Positions 58,546 through 64,000 of a stretch of 64,000 nucleotides of DNA are shown here, piece by piece. The DNA lies in the NCBI GenBank assembly GCA_963678065.2, contig CAXXVZ010000004.1, forward strand, positions 288,001 to 352,000, given 5' to 3'. Numbering within the stretch: position 1 is the stretch's first letter; each line of letters begins with the position of its first letter. The stretch is from Treponemataceae bacterium (GTDB lineage Bacteria > Spirochaetota > Spirochaetia > Treponematales > Rectinemataceae). Position numbers and translations under genes: made by a program. The notes beneath the pieces are model-generated. The model worked only from the letters and a program-made list of their open reading frames with translations. It had not been told where the DNA came from and did no database searches.

Positions 58546-59504
58546 CCGCGTTTCCTGCGGGATGTGAAAGCGACGGCCAGTATGAGGATGAGACCCTTCA
58601 GAAGGATCTGCAGGAATGAATTCAGGGAAAGGAGATTCATGAGATTGTAGAATACGCTGATGATGAGGACGCCCCCGAAGGCGCCGAGGACGTTGCCGGA
58701 GCCGCCTCCGAGCGAGACGCCGCCGATCACGATCGCGGTGATGGAGTCCAGGTCGTAGCCGACCCCGACCTTCGGCCCTCCCCCTCCCATCCGCGCCGCG
58801 AGGAAAATGGCCGCGCAGGAGAAAAGCGCGCCGCCGCAGAGGTAGGACAGGAACCGGGTGCGCCCGACATTGATTCCCGAGAGCGCACAGACGGCCGGAT
58901 CGGCCCCGACAGCGAGGATTCTGGCCCCGAAGCGGTTCCTCGTGAGGACGATGTGGCAGAGAAGGATGATCGCGAGGAAGAGGATGATGCTGACGGGGAT
59001 GCCGGCTACCAGGCCCTCCGCGAGGAAGCGGAAGCTGCGCGGAATGCCACCTATCGTCCGCTTGGCGTAGAAGAGCGCGAGCCCCTGGTAGATGAGCGAC
59101 ATCGCGAGGGTCGCCATGAAAGGCGTCACCTTGAGTCTCGCGACGATGCTGCCGTTCATGGCGCCGATGAGGAGTCCCAGTCCGAGCAGTATCACGACCA
59201 TGACGAGCGGAGACATGCCGGGATTCGCGAGGAAAATCCCCGCCGCGAGAGAAGTGAGGAGCGAAATGACGGATCCGACCGAGAGGTCTATGCCCCCGGC
59301 GAGGACGATGAAGGTCTGCCCCAGGGCGGCGAGCCCGAGTCCGACAGGCTGTATCAGGAATACATTCCGCAGATTGTCGGCTGTCGAAAAAAGAGGCGAT
59401 GTGAAAAGGCTCACGGCGATCAGGGTCGAGAGAATTATCCAGACCAGGCGTTCCGGCCTTCCTGCCTCCGAAACGATGGCGTTCAGCGCGGGGATTTTTT
59501 TCAT
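58542..59504 (-). CDS. Sugar ABC transporter permease
   Basis: GGIDLSVG, PFMATLA, VIGGVSLGGGSG. Confidence 0.9.
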   Translation of the reverse strand: MKKIPALNAIVSEAGRPERLVWIILSTLIAVSLFTSPLFSTADNLRNVFLIQPVGLGLAALGQTFIVLAGGIDLSVGSVISLLTSLAAGIFLANPGMSPLVMVVILLGLGLLIGAMNGSIVARLKVTPFMATLAMSLIYQGLALFYAKRTIGGIPRSFRFLAEGLVAGIPVSIILFLAIILLCHIVLTRNRFGARILAVGADPAVCALSGINVGRTRFLSYLCGGALFSCAAIFLAARMGGGGPKVGVGYDLDSITAIVIGGVSLGGGSGNVLGAFGGVLIISVFYNLMNLLSLNSFLQILLKGLILILAVAFTSRRKRG

Positions 59505-61027
59505 GAGGAGGTTCCTTCGCGGAATGTGTAGTGGTGCCCCACCGCCAGGGACATGACATATTCCTCTGTGGTCAGACCATCGGACTGATCGACGAAGCCT
59601 TCCACTTTCCCCGATCGCATAACCATGATCCTGTCGGAGAGGCCGATCACTTCGGGAAGCTCGGATGAGATCATGATGATGCCCGAGCCGGACTCCACGA
59701 GCCTCCGCATGATGCGGTATATTTCCGTCTTCGCGCCGACATCGATTCCTCTCGTCGGCTCGACGATGATGAATATCCGGGGCTTTTTCAGAAGCCACCG
59801 GGCTATGAGCATCTTCTGCTGGTTGCCGCCCGAGAGGGTATCGGCCCTCTGGTTCATGCCGGAAACCTTTATCCCGAGTTCTTTTATTTTCTTCTGCGCT
59901 TCCTCGCGCTCGCTTCTGCCCGAGAGGAAGCCCGCGCGGAGGAAACGCCCGAGGTCGGCCACCGTGATGTTGACCCGGACGGGCATGGGGCCGAGTATTC
60001 CGTAATTCTTCCGGTCCTCGGATATGTAGCCGATGCCCGCAGCGATGGCCTGTCGGACCGACTTGAGTTTCAGCGATCGGCCGCCGAGCTTTATTTCCCC
60101 GGAATCCGCGGCTTCGACGCCGAAGAGGCACCTCGCGAGCGCGATCTGGCCCGAGCCGGCCATCCCCGCGACACCCAGGATCTCTCCCGCGTGGAGCGAG
60201 AACGAGATATCGCAAAGATCGCTTTGCCTGCAAAGTCCGCTGACCGAGAGCAGCTCTTCTCCCTGCGTCTTCGCCGATGCGGGAAAGAAATCCCTGATTT
60301 CGCGCCCGACCATCATGCGGATCAGCTCTTCCTTGCTCGTGTTCCTTATCTCCTTCGTGCCGACCGTCCTTCCGTCCTTCATGACTGTGGCGCGGTCGGC
60401 GATTTCGAATATCTCCCCGAGCATGTGGGAGATGTAGATCACGGTGACGCCGCGCGCCTTGAGCGTGCGGATGATCTGGAAGAGCCGTTTGACTTCCTTG
60501 TCGGTCAGGACGGCCGAAGGCTCGTCCATGATGAGGACGGAGGCGGTTATCGAGAGGGCTTTCACTATTTCGACGACCTGCTGCTGAACGACAGTGAGAT
60601 CCTCTATCTTCGCGTCGACGTCGAGATCGAAGCCTATCTCCTCAAGGAGATTTCTCGTTTTCCGCCGCGCCGTCCGCATGTCCTTGAAGCCCGCGAACAT
60701 TGTGGGTTCCCGGTTCAGAAACACGTTGGCCGCGACGGTGAAATTCCCGATGAGACTGAATTCCTGGAATATCGTCGCGATTCCGGCATTCTGGGCCTGG
60801 CGCGGATTCCTGAAGGCTGCGGGCTTTCCGCGAAAAACGATCGCTCCGGAATCGGGCTGGTACACGCCCGAGAGGATCTTCATCAGCGTGGATTTCCCGG
60901 CGCCGTTCTCCCCGACGAGGGCGTGGACTTCGCCGCGTCTGAACCCGATGTTCACGCTGTCGAGCGCCAGCACCCCCGGGAATCGCTTCGTGATGCCCGC
61001 AAGTTCGAGCATGTTCATTTCATCCAT
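59501..61027 (-). CDS. Sugar ABC transporter ATP-binding protein
   Basis: GENGAGKST, MDEPS, LSGGNQQK; exact start among several Met codons is uncertain. Confidence 0.92.
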   Translation of the reverse strand: MDEMNMLELAGITKRFPGVLALDSVNIGFRRGEVHALVGENGAGKSTLMKILSGVYQPDSGAIVFRGKPAAFRNPRQAQNAGIATIFQEFSLIGNFTVAANVFLNREPTMFAGFKDMRTARRKTRNLLEEIGFDLDVDAKIEDLTVVQQQVVEIVKALSITASVLIMDEPSAVLTDKEVKRLFQIIRTLKARGVTVIYISHMLGEIFEIADRATVMKDGRTVGTKEIRNTSKEELIRMMVGREIRDFFPASAKTQGEELLSVSGLCRQSDLCDISFSLHAGEILGVAGMAGSGQIALARCLFGVEAADSGEIKLGGRSLKLKSVRQAIAAGIGYISEDRKNYGILGPMPVRVNITVADLGRFLRAGFLSGRSEREEAQKKIKELGIKVSGMNQRADTLSGGNQQKMLIARWLLKKPRIFIIVEPTRGIDVGAKTEIYRIMRRLVESGSGIIMISSELPEVIGLSDRIMVMRSGKVEGFVDQSDGLTTEEYVMSLAVGHHYTFREGTSS

Positions 61028-61032
61028 GTGTA

Positions 61033-62043
61033 TCAGAGCTTGGGAAGGAATTCCTTCGGCATCTGGTCGTCGCCGATCCACCACCAGTCAGAGAGTTTCG
61101 GCTGGACGAATTTATTGATGAGTTCGGGCCCGAGCCCGTCGATCTCGATGGAATAATTCTTGGGAACCTTCTCGCCCATGAGCGCTTTGAGAGCCACTTT
61201 GACCGCCTCGCCTGAAAGCTTCGTGGTCATCGGGAACACGTAGCCGCGCGCCTTGTTCTCGACGAGGAATTTCGCGTAGCCGTTGAGCTGGTCGCCCGTA
61301 CTCGGGACGAGAGGCCGCTTGGCTTCCTTGAGCGCCTGCAGGGCGGGCCAGGACATGAGCCCGGAGTCGGCCCAGATGCCGTCGATCTTGGGGAAGGCCT
61401 GCATCATGGCTTCCATGATGGATTTGGCCTTGGGCGGCGACCAGTCGCAGTACTGGTGATCGAGAATCTTGATTCCGGGATATTTCTTGAACTCCGCCTG
61501 CGCTCCGGCGAGGCGGTCCTCGGCCGTGGTGTTTCCGGCGATGCCGCTCAGCATGACGATCTGTCCCTTGCCGCCCAGTTCTTTGGCGAGCCAGGCCGCC
61601 TGGGCCGCGCCGAACTCCTTCAGGTCCTGGGTGACGAGACAGGTGTAGCGGTCGGTGTTGATGGTGCCGCCGAACACGATGACGGGAATGCCCTTCGCGT
61701 AGGCCCGCTCGATCGCCGGGACGATGGCGTCGCCGACAGTCGGATAGACGACGAGGGCGTCCACATTCTTGGTGAGCAAGTCGTCGATGTCCGCGATCTG
61801 TTTCTCGGGTTTTTCATCCGCGTTCGTGATGTAGTATTTCGCGATTTCGCTGTGCTTCGCGACTTCGGCGCGGAAATTCGCGTCGAGGAACATGCGCCAC
61901 GAGTCGCCCATTCCGGCGTTGCTCCATCCGATGACGAAGCCCGTCTTCTTCGCCTTCGCCCCTTGGGCGAAGGCGGGTGCCGCCAGAATCGCGATCGCGA
62001 GGAGCGCGATCGCCGCCACCATGATTCTTCTCTTTGTCCTCAT
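61033..62043 (-). CDS. Sugar ABC transporter substrate-binding protein
   Basis: Signal peptide ending PAFAQG; KQIADIDDLL..VDAL; GIPVIVF. Confidence 0.9.
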   Translation of the reverse strand: MRTKRRIMVAAIALLAIAILAAPAFAQGAKAKKTGFVIGWSNAGMGDSWRMFLDANFRAEVAKHSEIAKYYITNADEKPEKQIADIDDLLTKNVDALVVYPTVGDAIVPAIERAYAKGIPVIVFGGTINTDRYTCLVTQDLKEFGAAQAAWLAKELGGKGQIVMLSGIAGNTTAEDRLAGAQAEFKKYPGIKILDHQYCDWSPPKAKSIMEAMMQAFPKIDGIWADSGLMSWPALQALKEAKRPLVPSTGDQLNGYAKFLVENKARGYVFPMTTKLSGEAVKVALKALMGEKVPKNYSIEIDGLGPELINKFVQPKLSDWWWIGDDQMPKEFLPKL

Positions 62044-62102
62044 GTTGCTCTCCTTCACAGACTCCGATATGGTCCGCACCGGAGTGCCGGGCGGACATCA
62101 TG

Positions 62103-63056
62103 TTACGCCTTCTTGCCGTTCAGCCAGAGGGCGATGATGATCAGGATACCTTTCATGAGCATCTGGCTCTGTATGGGAAAATGTGCCAGGACGCTCAGAT
62201 TCGTGACGATGAGCATGATGATCGTGCCCGTGATGGTGCCGGACACACTGCCGAAACCGCCGCCGATGGCAGCCCCGCCGAGAACGGATGCCGCGATGGT
62301 ATCTATGTCGTATCCGTCTCCCGAGAACTGGTCCGCCATCCCCGTGTAGCCTCCGATGAGAACTCCCACGAAGGCGGCGCAGACGCTGCAGGCTACATAT
62401 GACAGGACCGTGATCCGGTCAGACACGATCCCGGTCAGCGTGGCGACATCGCGATTCGTTCCCACCACGTAGATCCGTCTCCCGAATCCGGTCTTCCCCA
62501 GCGCGGTCGAGATGAGGGCCGCCCCGGCGACGAAGACGAAGAGAAGGTTCGGAATGCCGAAACTCGTCCCCGTTCCCAGGACCTTCAGGTTTTCCGGGAT
62601 GCTTCCGGTCGGAAGTCCTTTCGTCCATATCAGCCTGAGGCCCTTCACCACAGTCGCCATTCCGAGAGTCGCGATGAAGGGCGGAACATGGCGCTTCGAC
62701 ACGAGAAGACCGTTGCAGAGTCCGACCAGCGCCCCGAAGAGACAGACGACGAGGATTCCGGCGAGGAGCCTCGCGCTGTCGCCGGCCATGAAATTGGCCG
62801 CGATGACATTCGAGGTGGAGACCGTCTCGCCGACGGAGAGATCGAGGCCGCCGGAAATGATGACGATGGTCTGACCGAGAGCCGCGAGGCCGAGCATCGA
62901 GAAGCTCCTCGCGATGTTGAGGAGATTCGAGATCCTGAAGAAATTGACTCCCAGGATCGCGTTTACCGCGAAGGCCGCGCAGACGAGAAGGGCGAGGACT
63001 ATGTACAGCCCCGACCGCTCGTCAGACTTGATGGCACGAATGCTGATGTGCTTCAT
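62103..63056 (-). CDS. Sugar ABC transporter permease
   Basis: GGLDLSVG, PPFIATLG, VLGGAAIGGGFG. Confidence 0.9.
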   Translation of the reverse strand: MKHISIRAIKSDERSGLYIVLALLVCAAFAVNAILGVNFFRISNLLNIARSFSMLGLAALGQTIVIISGGLDLSVGETVSTSNVIAANFMAGDSARLLAGILVVCLFGALVGLCNGLLVSKRHVPPFIATLGMATVVKGLRLIWTKGLPTGSIPENLKVLGTGTSFGIPNLLFVFVAGAALISTALGKTGFGRRIYVVGTNRDVATLTGIVSDRITVLSYVACSVCAAFVGVLIGGYTGMADQFSGDGYDIDTIAASVLGGAAIGGGFGSVSGTITGTIIMLIVTNLSVLAHFPIQSQMLMKGILIIIALWLNGKKA

Positions 63057-63267
63057 TTCCGTTTGTCCTGGAACCGAGGATAGGACCACTCCCGGAATCT
63101 GTATATGGACGGAACCTATCCGGCGTATGGACAATTCGGAAGCGCCGTCTGAGCGGCATGTGCGCGGCCTTCGCGTCGCGCAAGGGCGGGGACGCGGTGA
63201 GATTTCACGTGATGTGTCGGTATTGCCCGCAGGATCATCTGCGGCCGGCGCCTTCTTCCGGTGCGGA

Positions 63268-64000
63268 TCAGGAAGTCTTTCCCGTCCGCTCCCTGTACTC
63301 GATGGGACTCATGCCGGTCAGCTTCCTGAAGGCCCTCGAGAAATAGCACTGGTCATCGTAGCCCAGCATCGAGGCGATTTCTTTCACCATCAGCTCGGGC
63401 CTCTCGTCGAGGATTTTGCGCGCGTGGTTCATGATGAGGTCGAACATGAATTTGCTCGGCGAGACTCCGAAATGATCTTTGAAGGCCTTGCCCAGATAGG
63501 CGGGACTCACGCGGAAGCGCTCGGCCACGGTCTCGAGCGAGGGATGCTTCAGATAATTGGAGCGGAAATACTCCGCGGTCGATTCCGCGAGCTGCCCGCG
63601 CGCCTCGATGTCAGGAAGCGAGGACTGCTCGCCGAAGGCCTGTGCATCCTCTTCGGCGAGCCTGTCGTATATCCGAAAGAGTGCGTTCCGCAGTTCGGCG
63701 ATGTCGACAGGTTTCAGAAGGAACTCGCTCACGCCGAAGCGCATCGCCTGACGGGCGAATTCGAATTCGTTGTAGCCGGAGATGATGATCATCTTCATAT
63801 CCGGATAGCGGTAATACACCGACTCCACCAGCTCCAGTCCATCCATCACGGCCATCCGGATGTCGGTGACGAGAAGGTCGACGGGGTCTGCCCCGATCCG
63901 TTCGAGAGCCGCCGAGCCGTTGTGGGCCTCGGCGACGACGACGAAGCCGGGATGGGCTTCGCGGATTTTCTTGACGATATTCTCCCGGATGATCGCCTCG
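63268..64000 (-). CDS. Response regulator, REC + AraC HTH (YesN-like), 5' end outside the window
   Basis: Frame stays open to the window edge (...LLVTDIRMAVMDGLEL...SGYNEFEFA...FLLKP); C-terminal YFSRAFRKLTGMSPIEYR. Confidence 0.9.
   Translation of the reverse strand, partial: EAIIRENIVKKIREAHPGFVVVAEAHNGSAALERIGADPVDLLVTDIRMAVMDGLELVESVYYRYPDMKMIIISGYNEFEFARQAMRFGVSEFLLKPVDIAELRNALFRIYDRLAEEDAQAFGEQSSLPDIEARGQLAESTAEYFRSNYLKHPSLETVAERFRVSPAYLGKAFKDHFGVSPSKFMFDLIMNHARKILDERPELMVKEIASMLGYDDQCYFSRAFRKLTGMSPIEYRERTGKTS

Noticed and set aside
57310..59559. Apparent 749-aa extended OYE (likewise 33903-35540, 35210-36877, 42637-44418, 58542-60233)
   Set aside because: The Arg/Pro-rich extensions overlap upstream genes in another frame, and internal starts fit the family N-termini
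1..64000. CRISPR arrays, tRNA/rRNA, integrase or defence genes
   Set aside because: No regularly spaced repeats, RNA-gene signatures or such protein motifs were seen

Overview
GC-rich bacterial window, probably from a Spirochaetales-like anaerobe (inferred from gene style and the ...AFAQG-type signal peptides of the binding proteins). It is dominated by carbohydrate catabolism: three sugar ABC transporters, LacI/ROK/TetR/AraC-type regulators, fucI/fucU, a LarA-family + DUF1537 kinase + PdxA2 + aldo-keto reductase operon, a NagA/NagB-like amino-sugar locus, a polyol/rare-sugar locus, two atypical old-yellow-enzyme flavoproteins and three URO-D-fold proteins of unknown function. A visibly lower-GC segment (~6.25-15.15 kb) carries c-di-GMP signalling genes. 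These include a REC-PAS-GAF-HD-GYP gene cleanly split by a 1395-bp DDE insertion sequence (15-bp IRs, TTTT target duplication; removal restores one frame), a 118-bp MITE-like relative of that IS just upstream, and an uncharacterised GAF-like gene paired with a PAS-GGDEF-EAL gene. No rRNA, tRNA or CRISPR array was seen. Family calls come from motif recognition by eye, not database searches, and many starts were re-picked from RBS context.
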